From NCBI GenBank assembly GCA_052168235.1, contig JBQLZK010000021.1, positions 31,620-95,619 of the forward strand: 64,000 nt of DNA, read 5' to 3'. This document shows, piece by piece, positions 1 to 10,080 of this stretch. Position 1 is the stretch's first letter. Every line of letters starts with the position of its first letter. The DNA comes from Thainema sp. GTDB lineage: Bacteria > Cyanobacteriota > Cyanobacteriia > Phormidesmidales > Phormidesmidaceae. The translations under genes were made by a program, and so were the position numbers. Below the pieces are notes generated by a model that saw nothing but the letters and a program-made list of their open reading frames with translations, was not told where the DNA came from and did not search any database.

Positions 1-1
1 T

Positions 2-1366
2 TCTTCCCCCATTAACCCCAGTGGCGTAACGTCTTTAACGACCAATACGCGTGGCTTTCAACCTGCAGGTGACATCTATATTACAGGTGAGCGCTTGCTG
101 GTTTCAGGGGGTGGGGCTTTGTCCTCGATCACATTTGGTGCAGGGGCTGGTGGGCAGGTCACCATTCGCAATCGTGAAACGACTGTAGTAGGAGATAACT
201 TTGGTGGTCTTTACAGCAATATCAGCGGTATCACATTTGGTACTGGCGATGCGGGAAGAGTCGCGTTAGAGACTCAACGATTGCGCATACTCGACGGTGG
301 TGCGATCGCAACTACATCTTGGCTTGTGGGACAGGGAGGCGATCTAGATATCAATGCCACAGAGTCCGTTCTGATCAGTGGGCAGGGCCAAAGTAATAAC
401 AGCAGCATCAATTCAGCCGTCATTCGGCCAGATCGGCTAATTCAGTTGCTCTTTGGCCTGCCTGATGTTCTAACCGCTGATGCTGGCAGCATCAATGTAA
501 CAACGCCAAGCTTATTGATAACGGACGGTGGAACAATCAGCGTTACTAATCGGGGTAGCGGTGATGGAGGGATGCTTGCGATCGCAACTGATCTCCTTTA
601 CCTCGATCGCCAGAGCAGCATTCAAGCTCAGACCACTTCAGGAGAAGGTGGAAACATCAACCTCCAAGCACAAAATGGGCTAATTATACGGAATGGGAGT
701 TTGATTAACGCCACTGCAGGCGGCGCAGGTAATGGCGGCAATATCACTATTGATGCGCCAGTAATTGTAGGACTAGAAAATAGTGACATTATTGCCAATG
801 CTGTTGAAGGTAACGGCGGGAACATCGATATCACAACTCAAGGCATCTTTGGTTTAGAGTTTCGCGACCAACTGACCCCTGAAAATGACATCACGGCTAG
901 CTCTCAGTTTGGGATAAGCGGCACGGTTCAAATCAGCTCCATCGATACTGATCCGAGTTCTGGTGTGATTGAACTGCCTGCCAACGTGGTAGACCCATCA
1001 CAGCAAATCGCCACAGGCTGTGCAGAGACTCAAGGCAGTCAGTTTGTCGCCACTGGACGCGGAGGTGTGCCGCAGAATCCGACCCAGCAGATAAACCGCG
1101 ATCGCACTTGGGAAGATGTCCGCGATCTTTCTGCTTATCGGCAATTAGAGAACGCTGAGCCTCCAGTTTTAACGACTACACCTAATCTCGTTGAAACCAC
1201 AAGCTGGCGTCGGAACGCTAATGGTCAGATTGAGTTGATTGCTGAGCAATCGGCTGTACCGCAATCGGCTTTTGCTACCTGTAGCGGTTCAGAGGTAAGC
1301 GGTTATTCCCCTAGCCACCGCGTAGCAACAGGGACAGCCACCATGACGAGCCAAGCCAGTTGGTGA
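2..1366 (+). CDS. Filamentous haemagglutinin family (TpsA-like) exoprotein, 5'-truncated by the window edge (copy 1)
   Basis: Frame is open from position 2. G/N/T-rich beta-helix repeats (GGNITI-type). C-terminal NSDIIANA..GGNI.ITTQGIFG and C..SQF.ATGRGG.P.NP motifs are shared with copies 2-4. Confidence 0.85.
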   Translation, partial: SSPINPSGVTSLTTNTRGFQPAGDIYITGERLLVSGGGALSSITFGAGAGGQVTIRNRETTVVGDNFGGLYSNISGITFGTGDAGRVALETQRLRILDGGAIATTSWLVGQGGDLDINATESVLISGQGQSNNSSINSAVIRPDRLIQLLFGLPDVLTADAGSINVTTPSLLITDGGTISVTNRGSGDGGMLAIATDLLYLDRQSSIQAQTTSGEGGNINLQAQNGLIIRNGSLINATAGGAGNGGNITIDAPVIVGLENSDIIANAVEGNGGNIDITTQGIFGLEFRDQLTPENDITASSQFGISGTVQISSIDTDPSSGVIELPANVVDPSQQIATGCAETQGSQFVATGRGGVPQNPTQQINRDRTWEDVRDLSAYRQLENAEPPVLTTTPNLVETTSWRRNANGQIELIAEQSAVPQSAFATCSGSEVSGYSPSHRVATGTATMTSQASW

Positions 1367-1530
1367 TTGGGAAGAATAAATCTGATTTTTTATCTAATTC
1401 TCAATGTTTATCACCGTAACTAGCAATTATTCGCCATCCAAGGGAAATATAAATTAAAGTTGCGCCTTACCAGGGTTAGGTTGATGAAAAGATGGATGAG
1501 TTGTTTCGAAAAGATACATATTGAAACGGT
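1367..1530 (+). repeat. Conserved intergenic/leader block repeated between FHA genes (also ~4042-4205 and ~6899-7062)
   Basis: Near-identical sequence TTGGGAAGAATAAATCTGATTTTT..CAAGGGAAATATAAA..GGGTTAGGTTGATGAAAAGATGGATGAGTTGTTTCG at three junctions. Confidence 0.9.
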
Positions 1531-4054
1531 TGCTGGTTTACTAATACCTATTGGATTGGGTTTGGTTTTTGGAACCCCCGCAAACGCTCAAGTAACACCT
1601 GACGGCACTCTATCCACTACCGTTTCTCGCACAGGCAGCAACTTTACCATCAACAACGGCAACCAAGTCGGCAATAATTTATTCCACAGCTTCAGCCAAT
1701 TTTCTGTGCCAACCAATGGAGCAGCTATCTTCAATAATGCTGCCGATGTGCAAACTATTTTTAGTCGAGTAACCGGGGGCAGTGTTTCCAATATTGATGG
1801 CCTCATTCAAACCAATGGCAATGCAAATTTGTTTCTGCTCAATTCAGCCGGAATTCTCTTTGGCCCCAATGCCAGTTTGAATGTCGGGGGCTCTTTCATT
1901 GCCAGCACCGCTGATAGTGTTGTGTTTGAGGATGGAGCACAGTTCAGTACCACAGACGTTGCTGCTGCGCCCTTGCTGACTGTAAATGTGCCAGTAGGGT
2001 TGCAGATGGGAAGCGATCCTGGCTCAATAATCGTGCAGGGCCCGGGCAATCAATTGCTCGATTTAACTGGTTTCGGTACGCCCAGTACTCTCAATACTCC
2101 TGCCGGTCTGCAAGTTGAAGCTAATCGGACACTCGCATTGATTGGTGGTGCCGTAAACTTCTCTGGCGGTGTTATTTCCACCAATGGTGGTGGGCATCTA
2201 GAAATAGGCAGTGTCAGCAATGGATCAGTTCGACTGACAGCTACACCTACGGGATGGGTGGGGGATTACTCTGCAGTGTCGCAGTTTAGCGATGTTCATC
2301 TGGCGCAAGACTCAATACTGAATACTAGCGGCAGTAATAGCTCCATCCAAATCCAAGGGCAAAACGTCAGTTTGACCGAAGGGTCTACTGCTTTGATCCA
2401 AAACTTTGGGCCTCAGTCTACCGGGGGAATTACAGTCAATGCTAGAGGCTCCCTTGACTTGGCGGGGAACACAACCAACGGTCAATTGGGAAGTTTGATC
2501 CAAATTAATAATTTCGGTACAGGCCAGACCGAAGATATTACTATTTCTGCGGCTCAGCTATCTCTCCGAGATGGGGCAAGAGTGCGAACGAACAGTGTTC
2601 AGAGTGCGGGCGGCAACATTACAGCAAATGTAACCGGTACAACCGAGATTAGCGGAATCAACCGCAACAACCCTGCCATTTATACTGCACTCGTAACATT
2701 TTCGCTTGGCAGTGGCAATGCAGGGGACATCAACGTGTCTACGGGTAATCTCAATCTTTTAGATTCTGGACAAATTACTTCTGTCGCTCTTAGTTCTGGA
2801 AACAGTGGCACCATCCAAGTCAATGCAACAGAGCAAATTGACATTGCAGGGTATAACCCTTTGGCATTTTATGAAAGTTCAGTGAGTACCTTTACTCAGG
2901 GGTCTGGTAATGCAAATAATGCAATCATCAACACCTCTAGATTAGTAATTCAGGATGGAGGCTCTCTAGGATCTTCTACCGTAGCCAGTGGTTCAGCCGG
3001 TAGCGTAGAAATTAACGCTTCAGAGTTTATCCACATCCAGGGGCGTGCGACTCAGGGTAATGGTGCCGGAACAATCTCTCGTATTTTTTCAAACGCTGAA
3101 CTTCTTAGCCCAGCCGCTCAAGCTGCTTTTGGGCTACCAGCTATTCCTGCCGGCAATGCAGGGTTCATTACCATCAATACCCCATCGCTACGCATTGCCG
3201 ATGGGGGTGCAGTAAGTGTCAAAAATGATGGTCCAGGGCTTGCAGGGAATGTACAGATTAATGCTGAATCTATGTTTCTGGAGCGTCAAAGCAGCATTAC
3301 TGCAGTAGCTCAGTCAGGAGAAGGGGGAAATCTTGTCTTTGACTTATCTGAGATACTATACCTAACCGATTTAAGCCAACTGAATGCTGAAGCTGGCGGG
3401 ACTGGCAATGGGGGCAATATTACTATTAACGTGCCGTTTATCGTCGGCTTGAACAACAGCGATATCATCGCTAATGCTGTTGAAGGAAATGGTGGCAAAA
3501 TTGACATCACGGCTCAAGGCATCTTTGGCCTAGAGTTTCGGGATGAACTAACGCCTGAAAGTGATATTACGGCTAGTTCTGAGTTCGGTGTCAGCGGTAC
3601 GGTTCAGATTAACTCTATCGATACTGATCCGAGTTCTGGTGTGATTGAACTGCCCGAGAATGTCGCAGACCCATCACAGCAAATTGCAACGGGCTGTGAA
3701 GAAACGCAAGGTAGTCAGTTCATTGCCACTGGACGCGGTGGTGTGCCCCAGAATCCCGCTCAGCAGGTAAACCGCGATCGCACTTGGGAAGATGTCCGCG
3801 ATCTCTCTGCTTACCGACAGTCTAGCAGCCCTGAACCGCCAGCCCCGGCGACCGTATCTAATTTGATTGAAACCACAAGCTGGCGTCGCAATGCTAATGG
3901 TCAGGTTGAACTGGTTGCTGAGCAATCAGCGATGCCGCAATCGGCTTTTGCCACCTGTAGCGGTTCAACGATGAACGGTCGTTTCCCTAGCCACAGCACA
4001 GTAACGGAGACAGCCACAATGACTAGCCAATCAGTTAGTAATTGGGAAGAATAA
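1484..4054 (+). CDS. Filamentous haemagglutinin N-terminal (TPS) domain exoprotein (copy 2)
   Basis: Signal peptide ending ANA-Q; TPS domain (NLFHSFSQF, SRVTGG, LFLLNSAGILFG); beta-helix repeats. ATG at 1484 preferred over TTG at 1460. Confidence 0.88.
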   Translation: MKRWMSCFEKIHIETVAGLLIPIGLGLVFGTPANAQVTPDGTLSTTVSRTGSNFTINNGNQVGNNLFHSFSQFSVPTNGAAIFNNAADVQTIFSRVTGGSVSNIDGLIQTNGNANLFLLNSAGILFGPNASLNVGGSFIASTADSVVFEDGAQFSTTDVAAAPLLTVNVPVGLQMGSDPGSIIVQGPGNQLLDLTGFGTPSTLNTPAGLQVEANRTLALIGGAVNFSGGVISTNGGGHLEIGSVSNGSVRLTATPTGWVGDYSAVSQFSDVHLAQDSILNTSGSNSSIQIQGQNVSLTEGSTALIQNFGPQSTGGITVNARGSLDLAGNTTNGQLGSLIQINNFGTGQTEDITISAAQLSLRDGARVRTNSVQSAGGNITANVTGTTEISGINRNNPAIYTALVTFSLGSGNAGDINVSTGNLNLLDSGQITSVALSSGNSGTIQVNATEQIDIAGYNPLAFYESSVSTFTQGSGNANNAIINTSRLVIQDGGSLGSSTVASGSAGSVEINASEFIHIQGRATQGNGAGTISRIFSNAELLSPAAQAAFGLPAIPAGNAGFITINTPSLRIADGGAVSVKNDGPGLAGNVQINAESMFLERQSSITAVAQSGEGGNLVFDLSEILYLTDLSQLNAEAGGTGNGGNITINVPFIVGLNNSDIIANAVEGNGGKIDITAQGIFGLEFRDELTPESDITASSEFGVSGTVQINSIDTDPSSGVIELPENVADPSQQIATGCEETQGSQFIATGRGGVPQNPAQQVNRDRTWEDVRDLSAYRQSSSPEPPAPATVSNLIETTSWRRNANGQVELVAEQSAMPQSAFATCSGSTMNGRFPSHSTVTETATMTSQSVSNWEE

Positions 4055-4157
4055 ATCTGATTTTTATCTAATTCTCAATGTTTATCACCGTAATTAGCAA
4101 TTATCCGTCATTCAAGGGAAATATAAAACACAGTTGTGTCTCACTAGGGTTAGGTTG

Positions 4158-6911
4158 ATGAAAAGATGGATGAGTTGTTTCGGCAAGACACATGTTGGGA
4201 CAGTTGCGGGGTTATTGATACCTGTTGGACTGAATTTAATTTGGGGAGTTTCTGCAAACGCTCAAGTAACCTCTGATGGCACTTTATCCACAACCGTTTC
4301 TCGCACAGGCAGCAACTTTACCATCAACAACGGCAGTCGAGTCGGCAATAATTTATTCCACAGCTTCAGCCAATTTTCTGTGCCCACCAATGGAGCAGCT
4401 ATCTTCAATAATGCTGCCGATGTACAAACCATTTTCAGCCGAGTAACCGGGGGCAGTGCTTCAAATATTGATGGCCTCATTCAAACCAATGGCAGTGCAA
4501 ATTTATTTCTGCTCAATTCAGCGGGCATTCTCTTTGGTCCCAATGCCCGTTTAGATATTAGCGGTTCGTTTGTTGCTAGTACCGCAAGTAGTGTCTTATT
4601 TGGCGATGGTGTTCAGTGGAGCACGACCAATACAGCCACGCCTCCATTGTTAACCGTTAGTGTTCCGGTAGGATTACAACTGGGGCCGAATGCAGGATCA
4701 ATTCAAGTCGAAGGGCCACCAGTACTAAATTCGTTTATTCCTCGTCCTCCAACTCTGACTGTCCCATCAGGAGAAACCTTGGCCTTAGTTACTGGACAAA
4801 TCGATATTGATAACGCAACCCTAACGGCTCCAGATGGGCAAATCGAACTGTGGGCTGTACAAGATGCTGAGGTGACGTTTAACAGTAGTCTCCGTAATTG
4901 GCGCTTGGTGAGTGAGATGGATCTAGCGAACTGGGGTACAGTTTCGCTACGACAAGCTTCGTTGGTGAATGCAAGTGGAACCGATGGTGGGGCCATCAAC
5001 ATCCGGGGATTAGGACTGACTGTGCAAGATGGATCAAACATTAGTTCGAATACCTTAGCGGGTCAAGGGAGAGGTATTACCGTTCAAACGACAGACTTTG
5101 TTGACCTGCTAGGAGCGTCACAGCCAAATCAGTTTTTCCCTGGTATTGGAACGTCTGTTGGAAGCATATTTGAGCCTCTAGCCATCGGGCGTGCAGGCAA
5201 CGTAACCGTCGAGACCGAGAACTTGCGATTGCGTAATGGAGCAGGACTTTTTTCCTCTTCGTCTGGTAACAATTCTCGAACAGGGGATATTGTTGTTCGA
5301 GCTTCAAACATTGAGGTTATCGGCTTCCAGCCCTTTTTATTGCAACCAACCTCCATTACTACTACGCTCTTTAGCGGTACCAACAATGAAAGTGGCAATA
5401 TTACTATTGAGTCTGATCGCATCCGTGTGCAAGATGGAGGACTGATCAGTACGTCTTTGCTGGCTTTTAGCCCTCTATTTCCTACGGTTGGAAGATCGGG
5501 TGATATTTCGATCCGAGCAACCGAAAGCTTCGAAATTGCGGGTTCGACACCTTTCAATGTGCTATCTGGGGTATCTACAGGCATTCAACCCTTTGCAGAA
5601 GGGCAGGCTGGAAACATCACAATTAATGCTGGACGGCTACAAATCTCTGATGGCGGATCTATTCGGAGTAGCTTAGCAGGAACAGGGCAAGCCGGAAGCA
5701 TTTCTATTCGAGCAACGGAGATAGCCGTTAGTGAACCGAAACTTGATGGCACCAGCAATTTACCCGGTGGCATTACCGTTGCTGTAGGAAGTAATGCAGT
5801 CGGCCCAGGTGGCAGTATCAATCTAACGGCTGATCGGCTATATGTCTTTGATGGTGGCCAGATTACATCTTCCAGCTTAGGACAAGGAACCGCCGGAAGC
5901 GTCAGCCTCCGGGTCAGAGATATTGATGTGCGAGGCATTTCCCCGTCTCAAATAAATGGCCAGTTCCTACCCAGTGAAATCACAGCCTCTTCGACAGGTG
6001 CCTTTGAGGCAGGCTCAGTCAATATCAGAGCCGATCGCTTACAGGTGCGTGACGGTGCTAAAGTAACCGTGAGCAATTTGGGGACTGGTGATGCCGGGAA
6101 CCTCAACGTTTGGGCTCGCAACGTCTTCTTGGATAACGGTGGCAGTCTACAAGCTGAAGTTAACGGCGGTGGGCAAGGAAATATTCGACTTCACATTGAT
6201 GACTTACTCGTGCTGCGAAACGGCAGCAACATCACCACCAATGCTCAAGGTGCGTCCACCGGAGGCAACATCTCTATCGATGCTGGATTTGTAATAGCGG
6301 TAGCCGATGAAAACAGTGACATCATCGCCAATGCTATTGAAGGCAATGGCGGTAACATCGACATCACCACTCAAGGTATCTTTGGCCTAGAGTTTCGGGA
6401 TGAACTAACGCCTGAAAGTGATATTACGGCTAGTTCCCAGTTCGGCGTCAGCGGCACGGTTCAGATCACCACCATCAACACCGACCCTAGTTCTGGCGTG
6501 ATTGAACTACCTGCTAACGTGACAGACCCGTCACAGCAAATTGCTACAGGCTGTGCAGAAACGCAAGGCAGTCAGTTCATTGCCACTGGACGCGGCGGCG
6601 TACCCCAGAATCCTACCCAGCAGGTCAACCGCGATCGCACTTGGGAGGATGTGCGTGACTTATCAGCATATCGACAGTCAGAGAACGCTGAGTCTCCAGC
6701 CCTGACGACCACATCTAATTTGGTTGAAACCACAAGTTGGCGTCGCAATGCTAATGGTCAGGTTGAGCTGATTGCTGAGCAATCGGCTATGCCGCAGTCG
6801 GCTTTTGCCACCTGTAGCGGTTCGGCAATGAACAGTCGTTCTCCCAACCACAGCACAGTGATTGAGGCAGCAGCCATAACGAGCCAAGCCGTTGGTGATT
6901 GGGAAGAATAA
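4158..6911 (+). CDS. Filamentous haemagglutinin N-terminal (TPS) domain exoprotein (copy 3)
   Basis: Same architecture as copy 2. ATG at 4158 (alternative TTG at 4134). Confidence 0.88.
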   Translation: MKRWMSCFGKTHVGTVAGLLIPVGLNLIWGVSANAQVTSDGTLSTTVSRTGSNFTINNGSRVGNNLFHSFSQFSVPTNGAAIFNNAADVQTIFSRVTGGSASNIDGLIQTNGSANLFLLNSAGILFGPNARLDISGSFVASTASSVLFGDGVQWSTTNTATPPLLTVSVPVGLQLGPNAGSIQVEGPPVLNSFIPRPPTLTVPSGETLALVTGQIDIDNATLTAPDGQIELWAVQDAEVTFNSSLRNWRLVSEMDLANWGTVSLRQASLVNASGTDGGAINIRGLGLTVQDGSNISSNTLAGQGRGITVQTTDFVDLLGASQPNQFFPGIGTSVGSIFEPLAIGRAGNVTVETENLRLRNGAGLFSSSSGNNSRTGDIVVRASNIEVIGFQPFLLQPTSITTTLFSGTNNESGNITIESDRIRVQDGGLISTSLLAFSPLFPTVGRSGDISIRATESFEIAGSTPFNVLSGVSTGIQPFAEGQAGNITINAGRLQISDGGSIRSSLAGTGQAGSISIRATEIAVSEPKLDGTSNLPGGITVAVGSNAVGPGGSINLTADRLYVFDGGQITSSSLGQGTAGSVSLRVRDIDVRGISPSQINGQFLPSEITASSTGAFEAGSVNIRADRLQVRDGAKVTVSNLGTGDAGNLNVWARNVFLDNGGSLQAEVNGGGQGNIRLHIDDLLVLRNGSNITTNAQGASTGGNISIDAGFVIAVADENSDIIANAIEGNGGNIDITTQGIFGLEFRDELTPESDITASSQFGVSGTVQITTINTDPSSGVIELPANVTDPSQQIATGCAETQGSQFIATGRGGVPQNPTQQVNRDRTWEDVRDLSAYRQSENAESPALTTTSNLVETTSWRRNANGQVELIAEQSAMPQSAFATCSGSAMNSRSPNHSTVIEAAAITSQAVGDWEE

Positions 6912-7015
6912 ATCCGATTTTTATCTAATTTTCAATGTTTTGTCACCGCAATTAGCAATTATTCGCTATTCAAGGGAAATATAAAACACAGTTGTGTCTC
7001 ACCAGGGTTAGATTG

Positions 7016-9814
7016 ATGAACAGATGGATGAGTTGTTTCGAGAAGATACATATCGAAACGATTGCGGGATTATTAGTACCTATTGGACTGAGTTTGGTTT
7101 GGGGAGTTTCTGTAAGTGCTCAAGTAACGCCTGACGGCACGCTGTCCACCACCGTTTCTCGTACAGGCAGCAGCTTTACCATCAACAACGGCAGTCGAGT
7201 TGGCAATAATTTATTCCACAGCTTTAGTCAATTTTCTGTGCCAACCAATGGAGCCGCTATCTTTAATAATGCTGCCAATGTGCAAACTATTTTCAGTCGA
7301 GTAACTGGGGGCAGCGCTTCCAATATTGATGGTTTGATTCAGACTAAAGGCAATGCTGACTTGTTTCTGCTCAATCCGTCTGGCATCCTCTTTGGCCCCA
7401 ATGCCAGCTTGAATATTGGAGGCTCCTTTGTTGCGAGTACAGCAGACAGCATTCTGTTTGACGATGGGACTCAGTTTAGTGCAACTAACACGACAGCTTC
7501 GCCATTGCTGACGGTGAGTGTTCCAGTGGGATTGCAACTGGGAGCTAATGCAGAGCCAATTCGCGTTGAAGGTATGCCCGCCAACAATTTCTTCTTTCGG
7601 ACGCCGACTTTGTCAATGCCATCAAATCAGATGTTGGCACTAATTGGGGGAACAGTCGATATCGACAGTGCCAACATTATTGTCCCGGATGGGCATGTGG
7701 AGCTGTGGGCACTGCAAAATGGCACGGTGGATATCCCAACCACAGGGAACTGGCAGTTATCAAGTTTGTCACCATCGCCCACATGGGGCGACGTTACGTT
7801 ACGACAATCCTCCTATATCAACGCCAGTGGGACAATGGGAGGCGCAATTAATATTCGAGGTCGTAGTTTAACCTTGCAAAATGGTTCGCATATAGAATCA
7901 TCTACATATGGCGTAAATAATCAAGGCCAGGGCATTAACGTTCAGACAACAGAATTTGTGGATGTGCTGGGTGCCTCTCATCCCGACAATTATCTCCTCG
8001 CAGGTCTCGCGACAAATGTGTCTGGTAGCGGAGCCACTGGCGGGAATATTCAGATTGATACTCAGCGGTTGCGCGTGAACACGGGGGCATGGATCTCTTC
8101 TATAACCTCCGGTACGAACCTATTCACCAGTCTTCCTGTTACGGACGCCAACACAGGCCAAATTATTATCCATGCTACTGATGTAGAGGTACAGGGGTAT
8201 AATCCAACGCCTAATGCCTTTGGCTATTCCGTCAGTGCGATCGCAACCATGATAACTGGGGGAGAACGGAATAACGGTGGTGCAATGATCATTGATGCTG
8301 ACAGGGTAAGGGTGCTAGACGGAGCACGTCTCACCACCGATGTCATTGGTCCGCTGATTGGTCCTCCTACACCGACCATTGGCAATGCTGGCAGCGTTGT
8401 TGTGACTGCAAGAGAAAGTTTAGAGATTCGTGGGACAAACCCCGCACAGTTTCACAGTGGGATCGCTAGCTCAATTCAACTCTTAGGGGTTGGAGAGGCG
8501 GGGGATATTGAGATCACTGCCGGACAACTTTCCCTGTCTAACGGTGGAACCATTACCAGTGGGGTTGCTGGTAATTCCATCGCTGCCAACGCAGGTCAAG
8601 GTGCGGCAGGTAATATTACCATTCGAGCCAATGATGTGCAGGTTAGCGATCCTATATTTGATCCCTTTTCTAGTTCTATCAGCGGTATCACCGTGTCATT
8701 AGGTCAGAACTCTACTGCTCAGGGAGGGAATATCAACCTAACTGCGAATCGTTTGCGAGTCTTTAACGGGGGGCAAATCACCTCGTCAAGCGAAGGCGAC
8801 GGGCCAGCCGGCAGCGTCAACCTCCGCGTCAGAGATATTGATGTGAAAGGGATTTCCTCATCTCAAGTGAATGGTCAGTTTCTCCCCAGTACCATCACCG
8901 CAGCCGCCAACTCTAGCTTTAATGCAGGCTCGGTCAATATCAGAGCTGATCGATTACAGGTGCGCGACGGGGCCGAAGTGACCGTTAGCAATTCCGGCAC
9001 AGGTGATGCGGGCAACCTCAATGTTTGGGCCCGCAATATCTTTTTGGATAACGGCGGCAGCCTGCAAGCTGAAGTCAACGGTGGTGGGCAAGGTAATATT
9101 CGACTCTACGTTGATGACTTACTCGTGCTGCGACACGGCAGTAGTATCACGACCAATGCTCAAGGGGCTTCCACCGGAGGCAACATCAGCATTGATGCTG
9201 GATTTGTAGTAGCAGTCGCTGATGAAAACAGCGATATCATCGCCAATGCGATTGAAGGCAACGGAGGGAACATTGACATCAACACTCAGGGCATCTTTGG
9301 TCTAGAGTTTCGCGACCAACTGACGCTTGAAAGTGATATCACAGCTAGTTCTCAGTTCGGTGTCAGCGGCACGGTTCAAATTAACACCATTAACACCGAT
9401 CCTAGTTCTGGCGTGATTGAGCTGCCCGAAGATGTAGCAGACCCATCGCAGCAAATTGCCACAGGCTGTACAGAAACGCAAGGCAGTCAGTTTATCGCCA
9501 CTGGACGCGGTGGTGTGCCGCAGAATCCGACTCAGCAGGTAAACCGCGATCGCACTTGGGAGGATGTCCGCGATCTCTCTGCTTATCGACAGTCGGAGAA
9601 CGCTGAGTCTCCAGCCCCGACGACTGTATCTAATCTGATTGAAACCACAAGCTGGCGTCGCAACGCCAACGGTCAGGTTGAACTGATTGCTGAGCAATCA
9701 GCTATCCAGCAATCAACTTTTGCCACCTGTAGCAGTCCAGCCATTAGGAGTGGCACATCCCAATCACAGCATAGTTATAGTGCAGCGACTGAAACAGCCA
9801 CAATAACTCGCTAA
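7016..9814 (+). CDS. Filamentous haemagglutinin N-terminal (TPS) domain exoprotein (copy 4)
   Basis: Same architecture, with the canonical NPSGI motif. ATG at 7016 (alternative TTG at 6992). Confidence 0.88.
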   Translation: MNRWMSCFEKIHIETIAGLLVPIGLSLVWGVSVSAQVTPDGTLSTTVSRTGSSFTINNGSRVGNNLFHSFSQFSVPTNGAAIFNNAANVQTIFSRVTGGSASNIDGLIQTKGNADLFLLNPSGILFGPNASLNIGGSFVASTADSILFDDGTQFSATNTTASPLLTVSVPVGLQLGANAEPIRVEGMPANNFFFRTPTLSMPSNQMLALIGGTVDIDSANIIVPDGHVELWALQNGTVDIPTTGNWQLSSLSPSPTWGDVTLRQSSYINASGTMGGAINIRGRSLTLQNGSHIESSTYGVNNQGQGINVQTTEFVDVLGASHPDNYLLAGLATNVSGSGATGGNIQIDTQRLRVNTGAWISSITSGTNLFTSLPVTDANTGQIIIHATDVEVQGYNPTPNAFGYSVSAIATMITGGERNNGGAMIIDADRVRVLDGARLTTDVIGPLIGPPTPTIGNAGSVVVTARESLEIRGTNPAQFHSGIASSIQLLGVGEAGDIEITAGQLSLSNGGTITSGVAGNSIAANAGQGAAGNITIRANDVQVSDPIFDPFSSSISGITVSLGQNSTAQGGNINLTANRLRVFNGGQITSSSEGDGPAGSVNLRVRDIDVKGISSSQVNGQFLPSTITAAANSSFNAGSVNIRADRLQVRDGAEVTVSNSGTGDAGNLNVWARNIFLDNGGSLQAEVNGGGQGNIRLYVDDLLVLRHGSSITTNAQGASTGGNISIDAGFVVAVADENSDIIANAIEGNGGNIDINTQGIFGLEFRDQLTLESDITASSQFGVSGTVQINTINTDPSSGVIELPEDVADPSQQIATGCTETQGSQFIATGRGGVPQNPTQQVNRDRTWEDVRDLSAYRQSENAESPAPTTVSNLIETTSWRRNANGQVELIAEQSAIQQSTFATCSSPAIRSGTSQSQHSYSAATETATITR

Positions 9815-10080
9815 ATGAACTGGTGATTTGAATTCTCTTTGGTTTTTCCATTTTCCATTTTAAAGATGAACAGTTTTATTACTGAAGATGGTAATTATTC
9901 GTTAATGAGGGGAAATCTAGATCAAGAAATTGATCCTGGAGGCAAATCGATGGAGTGGTGGTTCAGTGATTGCCCAAAGAGACAAACAAATTGGCAATGT
10001 TTAAAGCCTAATTACATAACTGACCAGTAATCTGTAGCCGATTAACGTGGCTAACTGTCAAACTACCTGCATAAACTCCT

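Noticed and set aside
2..9814. CdiA-type contact-dependent toxins or a diversity-generating retroelement
   Set aside because: C-termini are conserved rather than polymorphic, with no VENN-type junction, no immunity ORFs in the ~80-100-bp spacers, and no reverse transcriptase or adenine-specific TR/VR pair.
9839..10030. 63-aa ORF between the FHA array and CHAT
   Set aside because: TTG start, AT-rich, no recognisable motif; probably promoter region.
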